Positions 8,049-16,901 of a DNA stretch of 32,000 bases are shown piece after piece. Numbering within the stretch: the first letter of the stretch is position 1; each line of letters opens with the position of its first letter. Below the pieces are notes generated by a model. That model saw nothing but the letters and a program-made list of their open reading frames with translations. It did not search any database and was not told where the DNA came from. This DNA is from Bacteroidales bacterium (lineage in GTDB: Bacteria; Bacteroidota; Bacteroidia; Bacteroidales; ML635J-15). The position numbers and the translations under genes were made by a program. The stretch is taken from the NCBI GenBank assembly GCA_017526205.1, contig JAFXRP010000035.1, positions 41,268 to 73,267 of the forward strand. Direction: 5' to 3'.

Positions 8049-11000
8049 TTATTCGTTTTCATTTTGTTTTGGTTCATCCTTCAACTCTATTTCTGGCGTC
8101 TTGTTCTCCTCTGGAAGAACATCATCAGGAAGTTCTATGTCGAATTCCTCATCGGGGAAAAGTCCACCATCGGATTCATCCTCAACGAGATTTATCTTCA
8201 GTTTCAGCATTTCATCCTCCTGACGGGCGGCTTCCTCGGCCTCGAATATTGCTGTAAGTTTCTCTTGCGCCTCGTCCTTTATGCCATCGGTTTCGTTATC
8301 GTAGTTGCTAAGCACCGACTGCAAGGTGTGTTTTGCAGAGAAAATATCTTCCTCATCGAAATATATCTGAGCCAAAAGTATATAGCTCTTTGCCAACCAA
8401 TATGCGTGCGGAGTACTCGACTGTGCAAAGTCGTAGATTATCTCCTCGGCTATGCTGTCGTTGCCATTCTCATAATTTATCGAGGCAGTCATAAACTTCG
8501 ATTCGGCACCTTCGTAGCTGACAACCTCCTCCGACAACTTTTCAAAAAGTGTTAGGGCACGCGACTTATTGTCCTTTGCCACGAAAGCCTTAGCCATCTT
8601 GTACTGCGCCTCGCGGACATTTTCAATATTCGACCTGTCGCTGTCGATAACATCCTGTGCAGAAGTAATCACATTGTCGTAATTCTTGGCATTGTATGCA
8701 CAACGCAAGCGCCCGAGAGCAGCAACCTGCTTGGTCGATTTGTTTTCGGCAATCGGATAAAGCTTGTCGTAATAATTGTAGGAATCGTTCCAGTTTTCCT
8801 TGTCGAACAACAACGAAGCCGATTTCAAAGTGCTTTCCTCTGTATAACTGTTGGTTGGTGCATCGGCAACAATACGGTAGCTCTTCAAAGCATCGTCCTT
8901 TTCCTCGAAATAGAAATGCAATTCAGCCTTGTAATAGTTTGCCTCAATCAGATACTTGCCCTTGGGGAATTCGTTGAGATACTTGGTTATAGACTTTAAT
9001 GCATCGTTGTATTTCTTGTCAATGTAAAGTTTCTTTGCGGCAAGCCATATTATTTCATCCTGCTCGTCCTTGCTTATTTCTACACCCGAACCTTCGCTAT
9101 TTGCATATTCAATGTAAGCATCGGGCTTGTCAAGTTCAAGATAAATGGACTTGATCATATCGTTGGCATTGCTTGCATCCTCGGTTCCAGGGAACTCCGA
9201 AATTACACGCTTGTAATAATTCAAAGCGTTGTCGTAGTGCTTGCGGTTGAACTCGATTGCGCCAAGGCTCGAAAGTGCGGTACTTTTGTTTGCCGAATGC
9301 GGATAGTCGGCTATAAGCATTTCGTAATACAGCTTGGCTGAATCCTCAGCATTGAGATCGGTCTGGTACACGCGAGCTATTCCAAACATTGCATTGCTTG
9401 CATATTCGGAATTAGGATATTCGGCCAGCAGCTTCTTCAAAGCCCACACCTTTTCGTTCGACATCTTCAGACCGCCGTATGTGAGCGACATCTGGTAAAG
9501 GCTGTAGTCGGTTTCGACAAGACCAATCTTCACGGCTTTCTTGTAGTATTCTGATGCAACAGCAAAGTCGCGGTTTATATAGTAGCAGTCGCCAATACGA
9601 TTGTAGGTGTCGTTTATCACAACATTTTCCTCATCGCCCGAAATCTTTTCATACTTGCGGAACCAAGAATTTGCAATTGTATATTCCTTCTTGTCGAAAT
9701 AAGCATAGCCCAAATTGTAGTGTGCACGGCCATATTCCTCAAGACCTATTGAACCTACTGCATTTACGAATTCCTTGAACTGGTCGATTGCAATGTCGGT
9801 ATTTCCGAGACGGTAGTTTGCTTCGGCTTTCCAGTAGTGAGCCAACGATTCTATTTTTTTGTCGTATTTGCCGTATGCAAGCGACTTATCGAACATATCT
9901 ATCGCATCGGAATATTTCTGCGAAATGAAAAGTTCCTCGCCACGGATAAAAGTCAACCTTTGATATGCCATGTCAACCTTGGAATTGCGATAGTTAAGAC
10001 TTTCAATGGTGGCAATTGCACGCTGGTAGTTCTTCGCACTCATGAACGCATCGAGCAGGTAGTCGTATGCGGCTTCGGTACGCGGACTATTGGGATATTC
10101 CTCAATATATCGCGTGAATGCGTTTATCGCCTCGTTGAACGGCGAAAGCGAAAGTTCGAAGCAAAGCTGTGCAAAATTGAACAACGCATCTTCCTTTATG
10201 ACAGGATTATAGTTGTAAAGAGATGCCGTCTCGAATGCTCTGCGTGCTTCCAGTTTCTTGCCTGTTTTCAAGCAGCAGTCACCCATAAGATATGATGCGT
10301 TCTGCCCTATCGTGTCCTTGGTGCGCGTTATCTTTCCGAAATTCTTTGCAGCCTCATCGTATTGGCCATTTGAATACTGAGCGTATGCAAGTTCGTAATA
10401 GTCAAAGTCGGTTGCTGTCGAATTGGCTTCCATGTAACGCTTCAAATACGGAATAGCCTCAGCATATTTTTTAGTGCGCACATACGAGAGACCTACAATC
10501 TTTGCATTTTCGGGAGCGGCACCAACAAAGTCCTCACCATGTTCATCGGCATATTTTACAACAGCATCATAGTTCTCCTGCATGTAGTAAATCTGCAAAA
10601 TATAGAACGGCACTATTGACGAGAAAGTTGGATTGTTCTGCAATTTAAGGAATCCATTAAGTGCTGTTTGATATTGTTCGTTTATATACTTGATGTGCGA
10701 ATAGAAATACAAAGACATTGTTCCATATAATCCATCGTGATCTTTTATCTCATAAAATGCCTTTGCCGCCTCATCGAAATTTTTGCGTGCATACAAGCAA
10801 TGACCCTTCTTGAAGAAATACTCATTCTGATCCTCGGCGTCAAGGTCTGTATAGTGTACCTTGTTGTACCAAGCAAGGGCATTTTTGTACTTCTTGTCGC
10901 GGTAGTAAACATTTGCCATCGCAAACGACGCTTCGTTGATATTGTTGCTTTCTGGATGATTTATGGCAAACTGATTAAGCTGATACTCAGCATCCTTGTT

Positions 11001-11249
11001 GAACAAGTGCATCGAACACATTGCAAAGTAGAAAGCTGCATCGTCGCGATACTTTGAATTGTCAATGTCGCCATTGTTCATTATCTTGAAAAATTCATTT
11101 TGCGCGGAAACATACATTCCCTTGTCGTACAGTTCCTTGGCAGTACGATAAGAAAATTCGTCACCATCGTATTTCATAGTCTTCTGACCTGTAGTAGCAA
11201 CCGCTACAAACAGCATGAGAAGCAATGTTGCAAAGTTCCTTAGTTTCAT
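8049..11249 (-). CDS. Large secreted tetratricopeptide-repeat (TPR) protein with acidic C-terminal tail
   Basis: The track start at 11255 is GTG; the ATG at 11249 gives the signal peptide MKLRNFATLLLMLFVAVATTGQ. The body consists of many 34-aa TPR-like A/Y/F-patterned repeats. The last roughly 110 aa are strongly acidic (EEAARQEDEM..DESDGGLFPDEEFDIELPDDVLPEENK). Confidence 0.8.
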   Translation of the reverse strand: MKLRNFATLLLMLFVAVATTGQKTMKYDGDEFSYRTAKELYDKGMYVSAQNEFFKIMNNGDIDNSKYRDDAAFYFAMCSMHLFNKDAEYQLNQFAINHPESNNINEASFAMANVYYRDKKYKNALAWYNKVHYTDLDAEDQNEYFFKKGHCLYARKNFDEAAKAFYEIKDHDGLYGTMSLYFYSHIKYINEQYQTALNGFLKLQNNPTFSSIVPFYILQIYYMQENYDAVVKYADEHGEDFVGAAPENAKIVGLSYVRTKKYAEAIPYLKRYMEANSTATDFDYYELAYAQYSNGQYDEAAKNFGKITRTKDTIGQNASYLMGDCCLKTGKKLEARRAFETASLYNYNPVIKEDALFNFAQLCFELSLSPFNEAINAFTRYIEEYPNSPRTEAAYDYLLDAFMSAKNYQRAIATIESLNYRNSKVDMAYQRLTFIRGEELFISQKYSDAIDMFDKSLAYGKYDKKIESLAHYWKAEANYRLGNTDIAIDQFKEFVNAVGSIGLEEYGRAHYNLGYAYFDKKEYTIANSWFRKYEKISGDEENVVINDTYNRIGDCYYINRDFAVASEYYKKAVKIGLVETDYSLYQMSLTYGGLKMSNEKVWALKKLLAEYPNSEYASNAMFGIARVYQTDLNAEDSAKLYYEMLIADYPHSANKSTALSSLGAIEFNRKHYDNALNYYKRVISEFPGTEDASNANDMIKSIYLELDKPDAYIEYANSEGSGVEISKDEQDEIIWLAAKKLYIDKKYNDALKSITKYLNEFPKGKYLIEANYYKAELHFYFEEKDDALKSYRIVADAPTNSYTEESTLKSASLLFDKENWNDSYNYYDKLYPIAENKSTKQVAALGRLRCAYNAKNYDNVITSAQDVIDSDRSNIENVREAQYKMAKAFVAKDNKSRALTLFEKLSEEVVSYEGAESKFMTASINYENGNDSIAEEIIYDFAQSSTPHAYWLAKSYILLAQIYFDEEDIFSAKHTLQSVLSNYDNETDGIKDEAQEKLTAIFEAEEAARQEDEMLKLKINLVEDESDGGLFPDEEFDIELPDDVLPEENKTPEIELKDEPKQNENE

Positions 11250-11425
11250 ATACACAGTAATATTTCTATAAAAACTTGTCTATCAATACAATATTATCCT
11301 AATTTAGCAAAAATCAAAAGTAGAGTTTTTGTTAAGTCCAAAACGAACTATACACCTCTTTTAATTAACACATTGTTGTTTATTAGTATCAATCATTATA
11401 TTGCGTATATTTGTGGCGTGAATAC

Positions 11426-11433
11426 TACTTTTG
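11426..11433 (+). promoter_or_regulatory. Candidate -7 promoter box (TACTTTTG)
   Basis: Matches TAnnTTTG, 25 nt upstream of the ftsE ATG (11459). A second match (TATATTTG) lies at 11406-11413. Confidence 0.35.
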
Positions 11434-11458
11434 TAAACTTACTTATACAAAAATATTT

Positions 11459-12280
11459 ATGGACGAAAATAGCACTTTGCTTGTTGATGTAAAGGGCCTG
11501 AACATATATCAGGACGACAAGTTGATATTGCAAAATGTAAACATACATGTCGATGTTGGCGAATTTGTTTACCTAATTGGAAAAGTCGGTAGCGGAAAGA
11601 GTAGTCTTTTGAAGACATTGTATTGCGAACTGCCTGTTGTTGAAGGAGAAGCAAATGTTGTTGGTTACGACTTGAAGAAGATAAAAAACAAAAAGATTCC
11701 GCTTCTGCGCCGCAAGATAGGTATGGTTTTTCAAGATTTCGAGCTAATGAACGACCGCTCCGTTTACGAAAATCTGCGTTTTGTACTCAAGGCCACTGGT
11801 TGGAAAGATAAGCAAGAAATTGAAACCCGTATAAACGAAGTACTAAAAAGCGTTGGAATGTTGGATAAGAAAATGTCGATGCCAGCACAACTTTCTGGTG
11901 GAGAAAGGCAGTCGGTCAGCGTGGCAAGAGCTTTACTCAACAATCCGCCTATTATCTTTGCTGATGAGCCTACTGGCAACCTGGACCCCGAAAGTGCCGA
12001 TGTTATTGTGGATTTGCTTTACAAACTTTGCCAATCCGGCAAGTCGGTACTCATGGTAACGCACAATCATGGATTTTTCCGCAAATATGCTGGACGTATT
12101 TATGCTTTCGGAAACCAGACAGTCACCGAGCAAGGCGACAACAAGATTGCAATAGCAGTTGACGACATTGATGACATTGAAACGCCCGCATCAGAAATAT
12201 TCGAAACAGAAATAAATTCAAATGTACAGCCGCAAAATTTTGCGACTCAAGAAGCAGAACCTCAAAATTTTGAACAATGA
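11459..12280 (+). CDS. ftsE: Cell-division ABC ATPase FtsE with about 50-aa acidic C-terminal extension
   Basis: The track start at 11411 is TTG; the ATG at 11459 gives MDENSTLLVDVKGL. It has Walker A GKVGSGKSSLL, the signature LSGGERQ and Walker B IIFADEPTGNLD. The block LKKIKNKKIPLLRRKIGMVFQDFELMNDRSVYENL closely parallels E. coli FtsE (ITRLKNREVPFLRRQIGMIFQDHHLLMDRTVYDNV). Confidence 0.8.
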   Translation: MDENSTLLVDVKGLNIYQDDKLILQNVNIHVDVGEFVYLIGKVGSGKSSLLKTLYCELPVVEGEANVVGYDLKKIKNKKIPLLRRKIGMVFQDFELMNDRSVYENLRFVLKATGWKDKQEIETRINEVLKSVGMLDKKMSMPAQLSGGERQSVSVARALLNNPPIIFADEPTGNLDPESADVIVDLLYKLCQSGKSVLMVTHNHGFFRKYAGRIYAFGNQTVTEQGDNKIAIAVDDIDDIETPASEIFETEINSNVQPQNFATQEAEPQNFEQ

Positions 12281-13098
12281 AAAAAAGCATATTCTATATC
12301 ATAGCAATTGCAAGCCTCTCATTGCTTGCTTGCCAAAACAAAGGCTCAGAAACAACAGCAGAACCTATTGCATCAACCACCGAATGTGGCGAAAGCGACC
12401 ATCTCATAAACGCAACTTTATGGATGCAACATTCAGCTGAATATCGCGCCTGCTGTCTGCAGACCTACAAGATTGCAAAATCGGCTCTTGCAGAAAACAT
12501 CAAGACCAAACAGACCGACAAGCCAGCAGCCGTAGTTCTCGACATCGACGAGACCGTACTCGACAATTCGTACTACGAAGCATACATGGCGGCAGAAGGA
12601 ACATCGTTCAGCGATTCCACTTGGGCAATATGGACATCTAAAGCCGATGCAACCGAAGTTCCTGGAGCAATCGACTTCTTGAAATACGCCCAATCGCTCG
12701 GCGTAGAAATAATCTTCATCTCGAACCGATACCCTGAAGAATTAGAACCGACAATGGCAAACATGAAAAAGCTCGGTTTCCCAGATGTTCCATCCGAAAA
12801 TTTCTTCATGAAGGAAAAGAATGCATCAAGTTGCAAAAAAGAACGCCGGGACTTAGTTTCGGAAAAATATGAAATTGTAATGCTTGTAGGCGACAATTTA
12901 GGCGACCACTCCGAAATTTTTGATGAACGTAAGACCAAAGGCGATATGCTTGCTGAAACTGATGAAATCGTTGAATTGCTTGGCTCTCGCTACATTATAC
13001 TACCAAATCCAACCTACGGCACATGGGAAAAGCCAATCCTTGCCGACAAGGAAAAGTCGAGTCGCGAAAACCGTATCAATGCACTCAAAACATTCTAA
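12277..13098 (+). CDS. Class C acid phosphatase / 5'-nucleotidase, lipoprotein e(P4) family (HAD superfamily)
   Basis: It has a lipoprotein signal (IASLSLLAC), the HAD motif I block VVLDIDETVLDNS, and a later GDNLGD. Its ATG overlaps the ftsE stop (ATGA). Confidence 0.8.
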   Translation: MKKSIFYIIAIASLSLLACQNKGSETTAEPIASTTECGESDHLINATLWMQHSAEYRACCLQTYKIAKSALAENIKTKQTDKPAAVVLDIDETVLDNSYYEAYMAAEGTSFSDSTWAIWTSKADATEVPGAIDFLKYAQSLGVEIIFISNRYPEELEPTMANMKKLGFPDVPSENFFMKEKNASSCKKERRDLVSEKYEIVMLVGDNLGDHSEIFDERKTKGDMLAETDEIVELLGSRYIILPNPTYGTWEKPILADKEKSSRENRINALKTF

Positions 13099-13113
13099 AC
13101 GACCATTTCAACT

Positions 13114-14493
13114 ATGCACAAGTTTCTGACACTTGAAGGCATACTACTCATATTGGGATATTTGGCATTAGCCTTCCTGATTGTGTGGTTCATATCGCTT
13201 TTCAAGTACAAGAACGATGATGAAACAAAGCGGTATTTTTTTCTCGGCTTTGGTTTCAAGATGGCTTGTTGCATAGGATTTGCAGTAATATATGACTTCT
13301 ACTACCATTGGGGAGGCGATACATATTACTACTACATGGCATCACAAAGATTAGGGCAAGTCTTATTTCAAGACCCAACTTCCTACTTTAGAATAATGTT
13401 CGATACTATTGATGGCAACAACATACAAACTCTTGCTCCTGGTCTTGCATACTACCCTGTACTTCGCGACCCATCCAGATATGCTGTTCATAGATTCCTA
13501 TCGCCATTTGCAATCATTGGCGGAGAAAACTACTATACTGTAAATATTTGCCTTTCGCTGTTTCTTTTTCTGCTCAACTGGAAATTTTTCCAATACATAC
13601 GCACAAAGATAAATTGTAGCGACAAGATGACATTTATATGCATAATGCTCATTCCATCGGTTGGATTTTGGAGCTCTGCACTTATGAAGGATAGTTTTAC
13701 TTTCACATTTAACCTTGTTTTAATAATGTGCTTTGCAAAGATTTTCTTCGACAGAAAAATACGCATTTCAACTATTCTTGGCCTTGTTTTAAGTGCTTAC
13801 ATCATTATGGAACTGAAAGTATACATCCTTTATGCATCAATTGCTGGTTGTATGGTGTGGCTTGGAAGCGGATACTTGAAACGTGTAAAAAGTACACTTT
13901 TCAAATTTGTTGTTGCTCCAATACTCATACTTATTGTAGCACTCGGAGGAATGTATGCACTAAGGTTTGTTGGAGAAAGTGTTGGAGGTAAATTCAGCGA
14001 TGTTGATTCAATGCTAGGACAGGCAAGTGTAACACAGCAAGACTTAAAACAGGAATACTACCAAGGACACTCTTTCGACATCGGTGACTTCGATGGCTCT
14101 TTGGGTAGCCTCATAAGTATGGGACCTAAAGCTATAATCGCTGGACTATATCGACCTTTCATTTTTGAAAGCGACAGCGCCGTTATGCTTTTGTCTGGAC
14201 TAGAAAATACCGCTCTTTTGCTACTTACACTTTATGTATTTTTCAAGGCAGGAATAAAATACACCATTAAACAAATACTCGGTAACCCATTTGTGAGTAT
14301 GTGCTTCTTATTTTCTGTAGTTCTGGCTCTTGGTATTGGTATTTCCACTTCAAATTTTGGTGCTTTGGTAAGGTTCAAAATTCCTCTTATTCCATTATTC
14401 GCACTCGGATGGCTCGAAATATTGTTTACAAAGAGGAAAGAAGATGAAGCAAATGCAACAGAGGAAATCGAAAATACGGAAGAATCAAACTAA
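13114..14493 (+). CDS. Polytopic integral membrane protein of unknown function (weakly EpsG/O-antigen-polymerase-like)
   Basis: 459 aa with many hydrophobic helices throughout. The only suggestive motif is HWGGDTYYYY near the N-terminus. It starts 15 nt after the upstream stop, and the last roughly 20 aa are acidic. Confidence 0.6.
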   Translation: MHKFLTLEGILLILGYLALAFLIVWFISLFKYKNDDETKRYFFLGFGFKMACCIGFAVIYDFYYHWGGDTYYYYMASQRLGQVLFQDPTSYFRIMFDTIDGNNIQTLAPGLAYYPVLRDPSRYAVHRFLSPFAIIGGENYYTVNICLSLFLFLLNWKFFQYIRTKINCSDKMTFICIMLIPSVGFWSSALMKDSFTFTFNLVLIMCFAKIFFDRKIRISTILGLVLSAYIIMELKVYILYASIAGCMVWLGSGYLKRVKSTLFKFVVAPILILIVALGGMYALRFVGESVGGKFSDVDSMLGQASVTQQDLKQEYYQGHSFDIGDFDGSLGSLISMGPKAIIAGLYRPFIFESDSAVMLLSGLENTALLLLTLYVFFKAGIKYTIKQILGNPFVSMCFLFSVVLALGIGISTSNFGALVRFKIPLIPLFALGWLEILFTKRKEDEANATEEIENTEESN

Positions 14494-14497
14494 AAAC

Positions 14498-15067
14498 ATG
14501 AACGACATAATCATCCGACAAGCTACTGAAAAAGATGCAACAATTGTGGCTAAATGCGTATTGGCTGCTATGGAAATACTCGACATTGATTCTTCTATTC
14601 CTATCAACATGGAAAAGCCATTTAAAAATCTTAAAGAAGCCACACTTGATACCACTCGGTTATATAGTTGTAAAAACAGTCTTATTGCTGAAGTCAACGG
14701 AGACGCTGTCGGATGTCTAATATCCTATTGCGGAGACGATTATGCTACATTGCGCAAACGCACATTCGACATTTTATACGAAGAAAGCGGTCTCGACCTG
14801 CGCAATAATCCTATGGAAACTGGTCCTGGTGAATATTATCTCGACTGCATGGCAATTAAATCAAAATTCAGAGGTAAAGGCATTGGACATTTACTGATGA
14901 AAAAAGCAATTGAAAATGGCAAAATACTTTGTTATAAACATTTTACCCTTCTAGTCGAAAAATCACACAATCGCTTGCAGGAGTATTATGCCCAACTCGG
15001 TTTTTCTCTAATTGAAAAAATTGTGGCATTCGGATCGGAATATACCAAAATGGAATATAAGCTTTAA
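14498..15067 (+). CDS. GNAT-family N-acetyltransferase
   Basis: The track start at 14444 overlaps the upstream gene. The ATG at 14498 (MNDIIIRQATEKDA) lies 4 nt after the upstream stop. An acetyl-CoA-binding motif-A-like segment is present (FRGKGIGHLLMKKAIE). Confidence 0.75.
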   Translation: MNDIIIRQATEKDATIVAKCVLAAMEILDIDSSIPINMEKPFKNLKEATLDTTRLYSCKNSLIAEVNGDAVGCLISYCGDDYATLRKRTFDILYEESGLDLRNNPMETGPGEYYLDCMAIKSKFRGKGIGHLLMKKAIENGKILCYKHFTLLVEKSHNRLQEYYAQLGFSLIEKIVAFGSEYTKMEYKL

Positions 15068-15075
15068 AACCTCTC

Positions 15076-16824
15076 TTACTCCACTATCAATACTCCGCTT
15101 ACTGCCCAATGACTGAAACTTCCTGCCTGCGGTTGGCCCATAGGAATAGCAACAGTAATAGTATGCTTGCCTGCCGGCAAATGGCTAAGGTCGAAATAGA
15201 CTGGTTGTGTTGCCGTACCTGGACACCAGCCGCTACGCGAATAGTCGCTGCTCGACATCCCATTCCAGAAGTTTCCGCTTACCGGATTAAATCTACGATA
15301 GCAACCGCAGTCCTCACGCCAAGGCGTATGCGAATAAGCTGGTTTTCCATTGATTAGGATTGTGTTGGGCTTGGGATTGAACTCGTCGCCTCCCTCCCAT
15401 CCCCCGTGTCCGGTGCTGATATAGCGCAAACGCACACTCTTTGCTTCAGGAATGTAAACATCAACCGTAAGGCTGTCGGTAGCAAAGAGTTTTCCATAGT
15501 TTTGTCCAGCCATTTCAAGTACATTGCAGGTGTTGAACAGAGGAATGCACCTACTGCCATTCGTCTCATCGTCCCAGAGTTCGCTTTCGGGATAAGATTT
15601 CAAATCGAGCGTAACCTTGTGACCGCCACCATCGTAGTTGCCAATCCAAACGCCAATCCACACCTCGCCTCGGAGCAACGATGCAAGATCGGTAACATCC
15701 TGCTTGTAATAAGTTTCGTCTGCCCACTCGAGACCGTCAATTTGTACGCGATCGTTGAAATGCCCCACTCCGAAAGGAGTGAAGAAACGCATCAGTTCAA
15801 CTGGCGGAGTATAAACCATTGACGAAACTTTATATTGTTCTAAAATGCTTACTCCAGGCATTATTCCCTGATATGTCTGTCCGTCCTTGCCTACGAATAT
15901 CGGCAATGAATCGGGATGGTTGTTGATGCCGTCGAAGAAATTTGGACAAAGGTGCTGATTTGCGCCAGAGATTACAAACACGGAGCCTGTGCGGTCGTAA
16001 GCATCGCCATTGCTGTGCTGGTGCAATTCGATGAAAGTCTGATAGTGGCTTGGCAGTTCGGGCAGATGAATGCGTTTGAGAGCAAGTGTTCCGCCAGCAT
16101 AATGCAACACACTGTCGAAAGGCAGATTGCTACGATAGTCACCATCAATATGGTCGTTTTTCTTGCCCCAGCTAAGTTGCACATCGTCGAAAATGCGCGT
16201 GGTAATTATCAATTTTTCCTTTTTCAATTGCGATAGTTGGCGCGAAGTAACACGCTGATAATTAGTATTGTTTGACATGATTTTGTCAAACTTCTTCTCG
16301 TAAGAAGTTGCTGTAAGTTGCAAATATGTCTGACCATTGCGACGGAACGCCACAACTACGCCCTTGAAACGCCCGTAATATGGCACTGGGTTTAAGTCGA
16401 ACGGATAATCCTGCACAAAAAATTCCAGCTTGTTGCTATTGATGTTACACGTGTAACAAGTTAATCCATTGGCTTTTGTGGTATCATAGTCGATGTCGGA
16501 GCGACTGAATTTCGTTGCCACCTCATAGCATTCGCCAGACGCAAAAGTTGCCCGCGCATAAGTACTGTCGGCCTCAAGGTTTACCAATGTTGACTCGTGG
16601 GCATAGCCTGGAACCATATTGCCCTCCTTCTCCTCCGAAACAATAAGATATGCAGACTTTTGAAGAACGATTTCCATAACTGATGTATCAATTGACGCAC
16701 CATAGTCATATACTTCGTAATGAAATAGGTTGGCGTTCTTTGCTATTTTTATAGGCTTTACCTGCGCGAAACACGCTGCCACAGCATGCAAAATAGCAAT
16801 TGCAAGTATAAATGTCTTTTTCAA
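15076..16824 (-). CDS. Secreted peptide-N-glycosidase F (PNGase F)-related protein
   Basis: The C-terminal part aligns by eye to Elizabethkingia PNGase F. ISTGHGGWEGGDEFNPKPNTILINGKP parallels ISGWGHAKPYDAGSRGCAEWCFRTHTIAINN, and GNFWNGMSSSDYSRSGWCPGTATQPVYFDL parallels GNWAPDRAGWCPGMAVPTRIDVL. There is no in-frame ATG near the N-terminus. TTG at 16824 gives a classic signal peptide, (M)KKTFILAIAILHAVAACFAQ; the track start at 16848 is also TTG. Confidence 0.6.
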   Translation of the reverse strand: MKKTFILAIAILHAVAACFAQVKPIKIAKNANLFHYEVYDYGASIDTSVMEIVLQKSAYLIVSEEKEGNMVPGYAHESTLVNLEADSTYARATFASGECYEVATKFSRSDIDYDTTKANGLTCYTCNINSNKLEFFVQDYPFDLNPVPYYGRFKGVVVAFRRNGQTYLQLTATSYEKKFDKIMSNNTNYQRVTSRQLSQLKKEKLIITTRIFDDVQLSWGKKNDHIDGDYRSNLPFDSVLHYAGGTLALKRIHLPELPSHYQTFIELHQHSNGDAYDRTGSVFVISGANQHLCPNFFDGINNHPDSLPIFVGKDGQTYQGIMPGVSILEQYKVSSMVYTPPVELMRFFTPFGVGHFNDRVQIDGLEWADETYYKQDVTDLASLLRGEVWIGVWIGNYDGGGHKVTLDLKSYPESELWDDETNGSRCIPLFNTCNVLEMAGQNYGKLFATDSLTVDVYIPEAKSVRLRYISTGHGGWEGGDEFNPKPNTILINGKPAYSHTPWREDCGCYRRFNPVSGNFWNGMSSSDYSRSGWCPGTATQPVYFDLSHLPAGKHTITVAIPMGQPQAGSFSHWAVSGVLIVE

Positions 16825-16845
16825 GGTGTAAAAATTTTGTTGTTG

Positions 16846-16853
16846 CAAAGGTA
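16846..16853 (-). promoter_or_regulatory. Candidate -7 promoter box (TACCTTTG)
   Basis: The reverse complement of caaaggta matches TAnnTTTG. It overlaps the ORF-track TTG at 16848 and lies 21 nt upstream of the alternative TTG at 16824. Confidence 0.3.
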
Positions 16854-16901
16854 AAAAAATATGGGAAGAAAGATGCTATGAGATGCTAATTACATGAAAT
16901 G

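Noticed and set aside
8049-11249. Naming the TPR protein as T9SS component PorW/SprE
   Set aside because: Its size and TPR content are compatible and the genome has T9SS cargo. However, the N-terminus has no lipoprotein Cys and I cannot verify orthology by eye, so I left it as a generic TPR protein.
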